Shown here in pieces: positions 53,681-63,430 of a DNA stretch of 64,000 bases. The notes beneath the pieces were generated by a model, which saw nothing but the letters and a program-made list of their open reading frames with translations, was not told where the DNA came from and ran no database searches. Numbering within the stretch: the stretch's first letter is position 1; every line of letters starts with the position of its first letter. A program made the translations under genes and the position numbers. Source of the DNA: a virus; UHGV virus genome UHGV-0096064; one strand, given 5' to 3'.

Positions 53681-54123
53681 CTTACTATGTGTTGGGATTC
53701 GTCCTCGACCTTGAGCGCAACAAGGCGTGGCTCATTGAGAAGCGCCGCCCGGAGTGGCAGTGCGGGAAACTGAACGGCATCGGCGGACACGTCGAGCCGG
53801 GGGAGGCACCCCTCGCCGCCATGCAGCGGGAGTGTTACGAAGAATCAGGATATGACACGGGAGACTGGGTAAATGTAGGCGTACTGGAAGGTAACAACTT
53901 TGTTATCAACGTCTATTATACCCTTGTAAATCCAGAGGTTAAGCTGAGGACAGCGACGGATGAGAACATTCATCTCGTCGATATGTACAAGGTAATGACC
54001 ATCGGTTCCCGTGGGGTTGAACATCTCCCCCTCTGCTTGGGGTTGTGCTTGGCGCATATCCAAACTGGCGGGGCTGTTGATGCCCACATAACTTTTTCCG
54101 ATTTTTATCCGCATAACGGTTGA
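53677..54123 (+). CDS. Nudix hydrolase
   Basis: Complete Nudix box GGHVEPGEAPLAAMQRECYEESG (Gx5Ex7REUxEExGU). Confidence 0.8.
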   Translation: MTYYVLGFVLDLERNKAWLIEKRRPEWQCGKLNGIGGHVEPGEAPLAAMQRECYEESGYDTGDWVNVGVLEGNNFVINVYYTLVNPEVKLRTATDENIHLVDMYKVMTIGSRGVEHLPLCLGLCLAHIQTGGAVDAHITFSDFYPHNG

Positions 54124-54202
54124 CATTAGGTTCCCGTTCCAGTATCCAGTACGTAAGGGTGGGCACTGCCACCAGCAACAAAACACTTTAAGGAGAAACG
54201 TC

Positions 54203-54646
54203 ATGTCTGACTATCGTGAAATGGCTCTGGACTTCATGAACAAGCAGGCTACCATTCGTGAAATGACTCCCGCCGAATACGTCGCCGGGGTTAAGGAAGC
54301 CGAGAAGCAGTTCGAGCTGCTCGATCAGGTCGAGGAGGAATCCTCTGACCAGACCATGCTCGTCGCTGACCCCGCCACTGCCATCAAGGAACGCACCATC
54401 ACTTGCTGCTGCTGCGGGAACCAGTACCGCCTGCTGACCCGCAAGCACCTTGCCAGCCACGGGTTGGACTATGAACAATACCGCCAGCTTTGCGGCTACA
54501 AGCCTGACCTTCCCCTTATCGCCAAGTCCTTGCAGCGTGAGCGCCGCAACCGCATGCGCGAGATGCGCCTGTGGCAGAAGAAGGAAGGCGCTCAGGGTCA
54601 TGAGCAGGCTCAGGTTCTCCCCAAGCCCAAGGCTTTAGAGGACTAG
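54203..54646 (+). CDS. MucR/Ros-family zinc-finger transcriptional regulator
   Basis: ITCCCCGNQYRLLTRKHLASHGLDYEQYRQLCGYKPDLPLIA matches the Ros/MucR C-x2-C-x9-H-x4-H finger and the following ..PEEYR.KWGLP.DYP block. 147 aa. Confidence 0.75.
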   Translation: MSDYREMALDFMNKQATIREMTPAEYVAGVKEAEKQFELLDQVEEESSDQTMLVADPATAIKERTITCCCCGNQYRLLTRKHLASHGLDYEQYRQLCGYKPDLPLIAKSLQRERRNRMREMRLWQKKEGAQGHEQAQVLPKPKALED

Positions 54647-54656
54647 GAGGCTGGTC

Positions 54657-55520
54657 ATGGAACAGCAAGAACTTGAACAGCGGATAGTCCAGTTGGAGGC
54701 TACCGTAAACGCTCTGGTCACGCAGTTCCTTCCCCCCGTCACGGAACGGCTCGCCGCCTTGGAACGCATCGTCCGGGTTATCAAGCCGGAAGGGACAGAG
54801 GGAGAGGAGAAGCCAGCGGCTGAACCGCGCAAGCGTTCCGCCCTGTCCTACCGGATGTACCAGATGGTGAAGCTCCTGCATGAGCAGGGCGCTCCCGTGA
54901 AGGAAATCGTCAGTCGGTGCGACTTGCCCTATACGACCGTGCGGGCGTACATCAATCTCTCTCCCGAACGTGTCGAGCAGCTTCGGCAGAAGCAGGAGAA
55001 GAAGGATGCGGAAGCGGCGGAACGTGCGCTGCGTGCGATGCGCAAGCAGGCGAAAGAGATGGGCAACGACATGCCCGTACCTCCTCCGCCCGCTGGTGCC
55101 GATGCTGACGTGGACGCTCCGGCTGGCGTGGTGGTAGGCACGGTCGACCCGAAGACGCCTCGTGAGGAGGCGTATGTGGCGGCCCAGAACCAGTCCGTCC
55201 TGTCTGCCGAGGGGACGCTCGCCAACCCCACGGTGGCGGCGGAACCCGTGCCGACCGAGGCCGTAGCCGAGGACAGCTATCAGGTCGAGTGCCCCCGTTC
55301 GATGGAGCCCTACGGTTCCGCCGGATGGTATGACTGGACGCATGAGCTGCGGACGTTCGCTCAGTCTCACCAGTTCCCCGATGGGTTCCCTCGTTTCTAT
55401 CCCGTCGACAGGGGTACGCTGGTCTACGTCCAGTACATGAACGAGCAGGTGGAGCCGACGCCTGTCGCCGCTGGCGCGGTCGATTGGGCCTTCTCCGTAC
55501 TGCGTTGGAAGTTGGTATAG
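54657..55520 (+). CDS. hypothetical coiled-coil protein with a putative helix-turn-helix
   Basis: 287 aa. N-terminal coiled coil. Possible HTH LSYRMYQMVKLLHEQGAPVKEIVSRCDLPYTTVRAYI. Pro/Ala-rich linker. Confidence 0.45.
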   Translation: MEQQELEQRIVQLEATVNALVTQFLPPVTERLAALERIVRVIKPEGTEGEEKPAAEPRKRSALSYRMYQMVKLLHEQGAPVKEIVSRCDLPYTTVRAYINLSPERVEQLRQKQEKKDAEAAERALRAMRKQAKEMGNDMPVPPPPAGADADVDAPAGVVVGTVDPKTPREEAYVAAQNQSVLSAEGTLANPTVAAEPVPTEAVAEDSYQVECPRSMEPYGSAGWYDWTHELRTFAQSHQFPDGFPRFYPVDRGTLVYVQYMNEQVEPTPVAAGAVDWAFSVLRWKLV

Positions 55521-55567
55521 TTTTATCGGTGGCGGCACACGCTGCCGCTACCCATTAAAATTGTGCG

Positions 55568-57676
55568 GTGGGTACAATGCGTTGCGTCTATCTGGACATC
55601 GAGACTTACTACGACTCCGAGTATACGCTCAAGAAGCTGTCGATGGAGTCCTATATCCGAGACCCACGGTTCGAGCTGTACCTTCTCGGCGTCGCCGTGG
55701 ACGACTATCCTGTCCATATGGTCGACGCGGCACAGGTGCCAGCCGCATTGAAGGCTCTTGCCCTCGACGCCCCGGACTGCATCACCTTCATCCAGAACGC
55801 CAAGTTCGACGCGAGCGCCCTCGTGTGGAGGTACGGCGTAAGGATAGCCAACCCCGTATGCACGCGGGCAATGGCCCGGTGGGTGGGCATCAGCCGCCTT
55901 ACGCAGGAGTCGCTGGCGGCGCAGTGCGAGTTCCTCGGCACGGGCGTCAAGGGAGACTTCATCCAGAACATGCAGGGCAAGCGCGTCGCCGACCTCACAG
56001 CCGACGAGTACGCCGCCTACAAGCTGTACTGCACGCATGACGTGGAGCAGCTCAGGTCGAACGTGAAGAAGATGCTCCCGTTCATGACGGTCGACGCGCT
56101 CCGGTTCATCATCCTGACCACCAAGATGTACACCGACCTCGTGTTCGACTTGGACAGGAACCTGCTCTCCAAGTATTACCAACAGTTGAAGGACAACCAC
56201 AGGCGGGCGCAACAGGAGCTCCAGCGCCTGTTCCGGTTCGACTCGCCGGAAGAATTTCTCAAGGCCATCCGCAGCAAGAAGAAGTTCTGCGAGATGCTGG
56301 AGTCCATCGGCGGCGTAGTGCCCTACAAGGAGAGTGAGAAGAAGACGGCGACGAGGCTCAAGCAACTCCAGCTTGAACTGGAGGCGCTCCCTCAAGGCTC
56401 GCCGGAAGCCGCCGCCATCAACCGGACGATTGAGGAAGGGACGTATGTGGTCATGGAACCAGCCCTCGCCAAGAATGACTTGGCTTTCATCGAGCTCATG
56501 AACTCTCCCAATCCCGACATCGCCGCGCTTGCCACGGCACGGGCGGAGAACAACAGCTCCATCTCCATGTCCCGTGCGGCGACGTTCCTCGACGTGTCCA
56601 CACGGGGCAAGCTCCCCGTTCCGCTTGAAGCGTTCCACGCATGGACGGGACGCTACGCTGCGGGGAGTGGCGAGGATGCCAAGTCCGATGGGCTGAACCT
56701 CCAGAACCTAGCCAAGAGGACGGGAGACAAGACGCTTCGCAAGTGTGTCCGTGCGCCGCAGGGCTGCAAGATTGTGGCTGCCGACTCCTCCCAGATTGAG
56801 GCCCGTACCTTGGCATGGCTTGCCAACGAGAATGACCTCTTGGAAGACTTCCGTTCCGGTGCCGACCCGTACTGCCGCATGGCTGCGGTCGCCTACTCCG
56901 AACCGTATGACACCATCCTGTATTGGGCCAAGGGTGCCGGGGCCAAAGACCCTGACGGAGACCCGGAGCTGAAAGCTAAGTACAAGCAGTACCGCAACAT
57001 AGGCAAGACGATGGTGCTCCAGCTTGGGTACTACAGCGGCGGGGCCAAGCTCTCCCTGTACATGATGCAGAGCGGCATCCAGTTGAAGCCTACCAAAGAG
57101 GAACACGATGCCGAATGCAAGCGCCTCGTCCAGACTTATCGGCAGACCAACCGTGCCATCCGCGCCTTCTGGACTATATGCGATGACGTCATCGTCCAGT
57201 TGGTGAACGGGAACACGGGATACTTCGGCGGCCCGGAAGGGAAGACGTACTACTATGACGGGCGGCATCAGGTCTTCGGGCGGACGGTGCCCGGCATCCT
57301 GTTCCCTGACGGGTACTGGTTGCTCTATCCCAACTTGCGGACATCCATAGACGAGAACACGCAGCGGCCCATTTACGTTTACGACAAGATGGAAAAAGGT
57401 CGCAAGGTAACTGTACAATTGCATAGCGGTGTGTTATGTAACAACATCACGCAAGGGCTGGCGTTCTCATTGATGCGTTGGCAGGCGCTTCTCATTAACG
57501 AGAAGTATCCAGTTCGTATCAACATCCATGACGCATGGGGCGTTGTGGTTGAGGAAGCGGAAGCTGACGAGGCCGTGGCCTATATGCGCAAGTGTATGAA
57601 GTCCCTGCCTGATTGGGCCAATGGGTTGCCTGTCAACTGCGACGTTGAAATGGGCGATGATTTCACCATAGTATAG
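55568..57676 (+). CDS. family-A DNA polymerase with an N-terminal 3'-5' exonuclease (T7 or Pol I-like)
   Basis: Exo I-like YLDIETY; motif B-like KQYRNIGKTMVLQLGYYSG; motif C-like INIHDAWGV. 702 aa. Confidence 0.8.
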   Translation: MGTMRCVYLDIETYYDSEYTLKKLSMESYIRDPRFELYLLGVAVDDYPVHMVDAAQVPAALKALALDAPDCITFIQNAKFDASALVWRYGVRIANPVCTRAMARWVGISRLTQESLAAQCEFLGTGVKGDFIQNMQGKRVADLTADEYAAYKLYCTHDVEQLRSNVKKMLPFMTVDALRFIILTTKMYTDLVFDLDRNLLSKYYQQLKDNHRRAQQELQRLFRFDSPEEFLKAIRSKKKFCEMLESIGGVVPYKESEKKTATRLKQLQLELEALPQGSPEAAAINRTIEEGTYVVMEPALAKNDLAFIELMNSPNPDIAALATARAENNSSISMSRAATFLDVSTRGKLPVPLEAFHAWTGRYAAGSGEDAKSDGLNLQNLAKRTGDKTLRKCVRAPQGCKIVAADSSQIEARTLAWLANENDLLEDFRSGADPYCRMAAVAYSEPYDTILYWAKGAGAKDPDGDPELKAKYKQYRNIGKTMVLQLGYYSGGAKLSLYMMQSGIQLKPTKEEHDAECKRLVQTYRQTNRAIRAFWTICDDVIVQLVNGNTGYFGGPEGKTYYYDGRHQVFGRTVPGILFPDGYWLLYPNLRTSIDENTQRPIYVYDKMEKGRKVTVQLHSGVLCNNITQGLAFSLMRWQALLINEKYPVRINIHDAWGVVVEEAEADEAVAYMRKCMKSLPDWANGLPVNCDVEMGDDFTIV

Positions 57677-57686
57677 GAGTGGTAAC

Positions 57687-58439
57687 GTGGCTGAAAAGAA
57701 GCAATACGGTATCGGCATGGGTGTCTTGTCGCCTACGGCGTTGAAGACATTCGCCACTTGTCCGAGGAAATATCAGGCAATGTACATCACCAAAGAGGTG
57801 AAGTATACGCAATCTCCCGCCGCCGTCCGAGGCGACAAGCTCCACACCTTGATGGAAGCGGCGTGCCGGGAAGGATGGAACACCATCCAGTGGCCCGAAG
57901 CGGGCAACATGCAGCATGCCCGTGGGTTCGTTCAGGCCGTCGCCAACTTGAAGGCCGCCGGGTGGCTTGTCCGTCCCGAACTCCAGACCGCCGTCAGCCG
58001 TGACGGGAAGACGAAGGACTGGTTCGACAAGGCACCGGAAAGTTTCCTTCGCAGCCGCATCGACATCTGCGCCACCAACCCGGCGTTCCCCTACGCCATC
58101 GTCATCGACTGGAAGACGGGGAAGAAGTACGATGTGGACACCATCCAGTTGGCTATCAACGCCATGTGCTTGCAGCCCCAAACTGGAATCTCCGATTACA
58201 AGATGATGTTCGCCTACCTCGACAGCGGGGATGTGGTCGAACACTCTTGCCACCTCCCCCCTGTCCCTTTCTCCCGGTATGGGGAGGTGGTTCATCAGCT
58301 CCATCCTGACGTGGCGAAAGTGTACGAGCTCATCGGCACGTTGGAGGAACAATACAAGGTCGACGTGTGGCCTGAGAAGGCCAACCGTTTCTGTGACTGG
58401 TGCGATGTCCAGTCGTGCCCCAAAAAACAAGGCAGGTGA
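57687..58439 (+). CDS. Cas4-like or RecB-family PD-(D/E)xK exonuclease with a 4-Cys cluster
   Basis: IVIDWKTGKK (D-x-K). N-terminal Cys (ATCPRKY) plus C-terminal C-x2-C-x4-C (FCDWCDVQSC) matches Cas4-type Fe-S nucleases. Confidence 0.7.
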   Translation: MAEKKQYGIGMGVLSPTALKTFATCPRKYQAMYITKEVKYTQSPAAVRGDKLHTLMEAACREGWNTIQWPEAGNMQHARGFVQAVANLKAAGWLVRPELQTAVSRDGKTKDWFDKAPESFLRSRIDICATNPAFPYAIVIDWKTGKKYDVDTIQLAINAMCLQPQTGISDYKMMFAYLDSGDVVEHSCHLPPVPFSRYGEVVHQLHPDVAKVYELIGTLEEQYKVDVWPEKANRFCDWCDVQSCPKKQGR

Positions 58440-58441
58440 TA

Positions 58442-58729
58442 ATGGCTATAGTGGATGTAGTTTACGTCCCCGGTACCAATGGAGTGGCAACGACCCCGTT
58501 GGCTGCGATGTTCGATAATGTGTACAATATCATGCGCTCGTTGAACGGAACCACGCAGCCCATTGAACGAGTTCAGTTCAACACGGAGGTTCATAGTTTC
58601 TACATCACGACGCATGTGAACGGTGAGAAACTTCGTATCCAGATGGATATGACCGACCTCGTCGTGGTTCAGATAGACAGCGAGCTGACGCGGAACCTTT
58701 TCAAGCAGTATTACAAACAGTTCAATTAG
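58442..58729 (+). CDS. hypothetical protein
   Basis: 95 aa from an ATG with an AGGTGA RBS. Confidence 0.45.
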   Translation: MAIVDVVYVPGTNGVATTPLAAMFDNVYNIMRSLNGTTQPIERVQFNTEVHSFYITTHVNGEKLRIQMDMTDLVVVQIDSELTRNLFKQYYKQFN

Positions 58730-58738
58730 GAGGACATT

Positions 58739-59050
58739 ATGACTCATAACGTGCTTATCGAAATTCACATGGATGAACCCAAGACCCTGCTGGACAAATG
58801 CTTCATTGATTTGAAAAGGGGGTTCGACGCCATCTGCACGGACGTGGACGGCTTTGGCGACATCCTGCTCGACACGGGTACCCATATCCTCCAGATTCCG
58901 CTGGTGATGGGCAACAATACCCGGACGCTTGCCATCAACGTGGCGCTCTTGGCGCAGCTCACCATCGACTTCGATGAACTGTGCCGCATCCTCAAGCGGT
59001 ATATGGAGTGGCGAGACGAAAAGGAGGGTAAGGGTTGTGGCAATCAGTAG
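58739..59050 (+). CDS. hypothetical protein
   Basis: 103-aa ORF. Confidence 0.45.
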   Translation: MTHNVLIEIHMDEPKTLLDKCFIDLKRGFDAICTDVDGFGDILLDTGTHILQIPLVMGNNTRTLAINVALLAQLTIDFDELCRILKRYMEWRDEKEGKGCGNQ

Positions 59051-59429
59051 TCTGTATGATGAAGAAACCCGGATGTACAACATCTATGGGGAGAACCTCT
59101 CCAACCGGGCCATCGAGTTTCTTGAGTTCGCCACCGAGGTGTTGCGTCATATCGAACATTATACGGTGCCTCAGTATGGAGACGCTCCTAGCGACCAGAT
59201 GAGCACGGCGACGGAACAGGATGCCAAGTTCAGCATCCAGCGGTACTTGAACCGGATGGGGCAGAACAGCCGGGGCGCTGGCGAACAGGCCCGTGACCTG
59301 CTCAAGATAGCCCACTACGCTGCCATCATCTGGGGAATGCGTGGCCTCAATTCCATTAACCCCGTCATCTATCAGGGCGTCAATGAACTGGAACCCCTGA
59401 CTATGGAGGATGCACATGCCCGTTCTTAA
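59037..59429 (+). CDS. hypothetical protein (GTG start with a strong RBS)
   Basis: AAGGAGGG lies 9 nt upstream of a GTG inside the 58929..59429 ORF. 130 aa. Confidence 0.45.
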   Translation: MAISSLYDEETRMYNIYGENLSNRAIEFLEFATEVLRHIEHYTVPQYGDAPSDQMSTATEQDAKFSIQRYLNRMGQNSRGAGEQARDLLKIAHYAAIIWGMRGLNSINPVIYQGVNELEPLTMEDAHARS

Positions 59430-59907
59430 CACTCCCGAAGGTAAGGTAAAGCGCGCTGGTCGTGCCATTTGCAAGGAAGTCGGCGTCTACCATTTCCCCG
59501 TCCAACAGGGCGGCACCAGCAACGCGGGCATCCCTGACGATGTGGTGTGCGCTTGGGGCCTCTTCCTCCAGATTGAGTACAAGCACCACATGGTCTGGGA
59601 CAAGCGTACCGTGACGGCCTACCGCTCCCTCCCCTCTGACCGTCAGGTCTGGATGATGGAGAAGTGCCGCCGGGGTCTGGGCGTGACGTGGGTCATCGAC
59701 GATACCAACCTGCACCTTCTCGAACCGAGCCTGCGGGCCATTGAGGAAGTGGCTGGCGAACCCGTCGCCTTTATCTGGCAGACGGCGATGAACGCTCCGG
59801 TGGTGTGGGATTGGTCGTATGCCGACTTCGCCATGTACAAGAAGGGCATAGGCTCCGTCGAGCGCTGCCTCGGACGCAGCATTCCCGTCTACGTCAAGGG
59901 GATGTAA
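59410..59907 (+). CDS. VRR-NUC-like PD-(D/E)xK nuclease
   Basis: GIPDDVVCAWGLFLQIEYK matches the VRR-NUC G.PD...(n)...hE.K signature. Confidence 0.55.
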   Translation: MHMPVLNTPEGKVKRAGRAICKEVGVYHFPVQQGGTSNAGIPDDVVCAWGLFLQIEYKHHMVWDKRTVTAYRSLPSDRQVWMMEKCRRGLGVTWVIDDTNLHLLEPSLRAIEEVAGEPVAFIWQTAMNAPVVWDWSYADFAMYKKGIGSVERCLGRSIPVYVKGM

Positions 59908-59909
59908 TC

Positions 59910-60578
59910 ATGCCAAGCAGTCTCTTGCCAGCAAATGAATACTTTGTCGAGTTCATCCCGCAGGCCGGGAGTTCCGCTCATGTCGTCATTGACCTTGAGA
60001 CCTTGGATACGAAGCCGTCCGCTGCCGTCATCGCCGTGGGCGCAGCCGCCGTCATCCCGGATTCACGCAAGACGTACCTCTTCTACTATCCGGTCACGCT
60101 CGACTCCAACCTTGAGGTCGGACGCACCATCAACGGCGACACGCTCGGCTGGTGGATGCGGCTGGTTCCTCAAAGCCCCGAAGCCGCCAAGCTCATGGAA
60201 GTGGTCAGCCTGTCCGGGGAGGAGAACACCCATTACGGATTGGGGCATGTGCTCATCAAGCTCTTCGACTGGTTGCATAATCTCGTAAAGGATAAGTCCA
60301 ACCTGTACGTGTGGGGCAACGGTGCCGACTTCGACATCGCCATCCTGAACAGCGCCTTTGCTGGCTGCGGTCTGGACATCCCGTGGTACTACGGGAATGT
60401 ACGATGCTTGCGTACACTTCGGTTCGTGTCCGGATTCCACGACAAGTGGCCTGACTACTACGATATGGTCAAGCCTATGGTTCCCCATCACGCCATGTAT
60501 GATGCACTAGCCGAGGCCCTGTGGCTCGACGTCATCCTCGACAACCTCAACCACCAGAAGTTCCAACATGCTGATTGA
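59910..60578 (+). CDS. DEDDh 3'-5' exonuclease (DnaQ-like)
   Basis: Exo I VVIDLETLD, Exo II WGNGADFDIAIL, Exo III HHAMYDALAEA. 222 aa from the internal ATG. Confidence 0.75.
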   Translation: MPSSLLPANEYFVEFIPQAGSSAHVVIDLETLDTKPSAAVIAVGAAAVIPDSRKTYLFYYPVTLDSNLEVGRTINGDTLGWWMRLVPQSPEAAKLMEVVSLSGEENTHYGLGHVLIKLFDWLHNLVKDKSNLYVWGNGADFDIAILNSAFAGCGLDIPWYYGNVRCLRTLRFVSGFHDKWPDYYDMVKPMVPHHAMYDALAEALWLDVILDNLNHQKFQHAD

Positions 60579-60978
60579 CAGATACAACGAAGACGACCTC
60601 ACCATATCTTTCGATGCGGCCTATGATGTCTTCAAGAAGGCTACCGAGTATTGGCTGAACAAATTCGGTATGCACGATTGGGAAGTGTACATCGACTGCA
60701 AGAACCAGCCGGGGTACTACGCCCACTTCGACATCAATTGGGAAGGGAAGATGGTTCAGATTGACATCTCCAATGCCCCGGAAACGGTATGGACTGAGGA
60801 GCGCGCCAAGCAGACGGCGTTCCATGAAGTGCTTGAGGTACTCCTGTTCGAGCAGAAGCACATCATGGAGACCATCAAGGACGAGGACGCCCGGCTGGAG
60901 GCTCTGGAAGCCAACCGCCACGAGCTCATCCACAGGTTGATGCCCATCTGCCTGACGGCAAAAGCTGCGGGATACTAG
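60568..60978 (+). CDS. hypothetical protein
   Basis: 136-aa ORF. Confidence 0.45.
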   Translation: MLIDRYNEDDLTISFDAAYDVFKKATEYWLNKFGMHDWEVYIDCKNQPGYYAHFDINWEGKMVQIDISNAPETVWTEERAKQTAFHEVLEVLLFEQKHIMETIKDEDARLEALEANRHELIHRLMPICLTAKAAGY

Positions 60979-60979
60979 T

Positions 60980-61270
60980 ATGCAGGGCCGTTTCTTTTTC
61001 CGGGTTGAGCCAAGGGTAGGCAAGGACATGGTGGTGTATGCTTACCACATCAGCCATGCCGTGCTTATCTTCCGGGAAGTGGTAACGCATAACTTCTACT
61101 GCGACATCGACAGCGCCGTGCTGCGGAAGATTGAACTGGATGACCCCGTAAACTTCGCCTATCGTACCATAACCCGTGTCTCGTTGAAGCAGCTCCCCAA
61201 CGATACGACGATATGGGCCGTGGACGATGACGACAACGTGTTGAGATTCAAGCCTGACGAGTGGGTATAG
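60980..61270 (+). CDS. hypothetical protein
   Basis: 96-aa ORF. Confidence 0.45.
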   Translation: MQGRFFFRVEPRVGKDMVVYAYHISHAVLIFREVVTHNFYCDIDSAVLRKIELDDPVNFAYRTITRVSLKQLPNDTTIWAVDDDDNVLRFKPDEWV

Positions 61271-61271
61271 C

Positions 61272-62960
61272 ATGGATGCCATGAACGATTTGTTGGTTGT
61301 GCCTGATACTGGCGTCATCATCGACAAGGCTCACAACAACTACATCCTGAACATCACCGACCCTGCCATCACAGCGCAGATTAAGGAGGCTGTTCCGTTT
61401 GTAATGACGCGAGCTTACGACAAGGGGGAACTCGTCCTTCTCCCTGTCCATGATGACACGCTCCGGTTGCTCCGTAACATGAAGCTCCCCACGGCGGGGA
61501 TGGAGCCGCTCCGGTGGCAGTACCATGCCCCGTTGATTGAGGGTGAGTTTAAAGCTATGGTGCATCAGGTCACATCGGCTGCGTTCATGGCATCCCATAA
61601 TCGGTGCTTCAATACCAGTACCATGCGAACAGGCAAGACTGGCAGCGTTATAATGTGTACCGATTATCTCCAGTCGGTAAAGGGAGTTACTGGAGCTGTC
61701 CTTATCGTGGCTACAGTTTCTAACTTGACAGGCGTGTGGAAGCGGACTATAGATAAGACACTGCCGAATAGAATAGCGGTAGTGGTTCATGGTGGTACAG
61801 GCAAGGCCGACCGTGTTCGTCGGCTTAATACTCCGGCTGATTATTATATCATTAACTACGATGGGGTTAAGATTGCTCATGATGAAATTAAGGCGATGGT
61901 ACTTGACGGACGCATCAACATTGTTGTAGTGGATGAATTAACCCATTACGGCAACCCCGACTCCGGCAGGTTTATCGCTATGAACGACATCGTGAACAAA
62001 GGCCCCCGCACCCCGGACTATGTCTACGGACTCACCGGGTCTCCGGGAAAGAACCCCATCCCCATCTTCGGGTTCGTCAAGCTCATCAACCCGGAGAAGC
62101 TCCCGTGCAAGCGGCTCAGTGTGTGGCAAGACTACACACAGTACCGCTTCGGTCGGGAGACGTGGCAGTGGAGGAACCGCCCCGGCTGCGACAAGATTAT
62201 CTTCGAGACCATGCAGCCCAACATCCGGTTCGACAAGGCCGACATCATGGACTTGCCCCCGGTCGTCCGTCAGACGCGGGACTGCGACCTGTCGAAAGAA
62301 CAGAAGGTCGCCTACAAGAAGATGCGGGAAGACATGATGGCTCTGACCCAAGACGGGACGGTCATCGAAGCCGTCCACAAGGCGAGCCTCACCCACAAGC
62401 TGTTCCAGATTGCGCTCGGTACGGCGATTGGCGCGGACAAGAAGGCCCTCATCCAGTTGGACAACGGCCCCCGGATTGCCACCATCGTCGAGGTCATCAA
62501 GGAAGCGGCTGCCAAGGTCGTCATCTTCTGCACCTACACCGGAGTCATCGACAGGCTGGCGAAACAGCTCAAGGACAAGGGCTATACGGTCGGCGTCGTG
62601 GATGGGCGCGTCACCGGGAAGAAGCGGGACACCCTGTTCCACGACTTCCAGAACAGGAAAGACCCCCACATCCTGATTGTCCACCCCCAGACGGTGGCGT
62701 TCGGTGTGGAGCTGGCGGCGGCGGACACCATGATATTCAACGGCCCGCCCCTGTCCGGGGACTTCATATACGAGCAGGCGCTTGAACGGCTGTCGAGCCT
62801 GAAACAGAAGGCGAGGCAAATATCCATCATCCAGATAGTTGCAACGGAAGAAGAACGGAACTTCTTTTCGGGTCTGGATATGGGGGTCAAGTCGAGCAAG
62901 CTGGTCAACGACCTCTTCGCCGAGGTCACGAAGGCAGGAAACAAGGGAGGTTCCCAATGA
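61272..62960 (+). CDS. SF2 helicase, SNF2/Rad54-like
   Basis: Motif I-like TMRTGKTGS, motif II VVVDELTHYGN (DExH), and C-terminal helicase-domain blocks (VVIFCTYTGVIDRL, ILIVHPQTVAFGVELAAADTMIFNGP). Confidence 0.6.
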   Translation: MDAMNDLLVVPDTGVIIDKAHNNYILNITDPAITAQIKEAVPFVMTRAYDKGELVLLPVHDDTLRLLRNMKLPTAGMEPLRWQYHAPLIEGEFKAMVHQVTSAAFMASHNRCFNTSTMRTGKTGSVIMCTDYLQSVKGVTGAVLIVATVSNLTGVWKRTIDKTLPNRIAVVVHGGTGKADRVRRLNTPADYYIINYDGVKIAHDEIKAMVLDGRINIVVVDELTHYGNPDSGRFIAMNDIVNKGPRTPDYVYGLTGSPGKNPIPIFGFVKLINPEKLPCKRLSVWQDYTQYRFGRETWQWRNRPGCDKIIFETMQPNIRFDKADIMDLPPVVRQTRDCDLSKEQKVAYKKMREDMMALTQDGTVIEAVHKASLTHKLFQIALGTAIGADKKALIQLDNGPRIATIVEVIKEAAAKVVIFCTYTGVIDRLAKQLKDKGYTVGVVDGRVTGKKRDTLFHDFQNRKDPHILIVHPQTVAFGVELAAADTMIFNGPPLSGDFIYEQALERLSSLKQKARQISIIQIVATEEERNFFSGLDMGVKSSKLVNDLFAEVTKAGNKGGSQ

Positions 62961-63418
62961 CGTTCGACATTACCGAGGCCGTCGAGAAGTGGCGCGAATA
63001 CCGCAAGTCCCGGCTCGAACTGGAAGACCTCGCCAAGAAGATCAAGAATGGCCCCGAAGCGCAGATGCGTGCCGCCATCCTCATGTACCTTGACTCGCAG
63101 GGCATGAATGGGTCAAAGACAGCGGCTGGCACCGTGTCGAAGACGAGCAAGGATCACCTTGAAGTGGTCGACACCGAGGCCTTGCTCCGCTTCATGCTCT
63201 CCAATATGATAACCGCGCTCAAGGAAGGACGCCCGCTGGCGGATGCCCTCATCCTCCAGAAGACGCCCCTCAAGAGCGGCATCACGGAACTGGTTCGCCA
63301 ACGTCTCGACGTGGATGGGGGCACTCCCCTGACCGACGAACAGTTCAACGGTATCGCGGCGCAGTTCGGAATCAAGCGCGTTTCCGAACCGGACATCAGT
63401 TTCTCAAAGAACTCTTAA
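62957..63418 (+). CDS. hypothetical protein
   Basis: 153-aa ORF. Confidence 0.45.
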   Translation: MTFDITEAVEKWREYRKSRLELEDLAKKIKNGPEAQMRAAILMYLDSQGMNGSKTAAGTVSKTSKDHLEVVDTEALLRFMLSNMITALKEGRPLADALILQKTPLKSGITELVRQRLDVDGGTPLTDEQFNGIAAQFGIKRVSEPDISFSKNS

Positions 63419-63430
63419 AGGAGAATGAGT

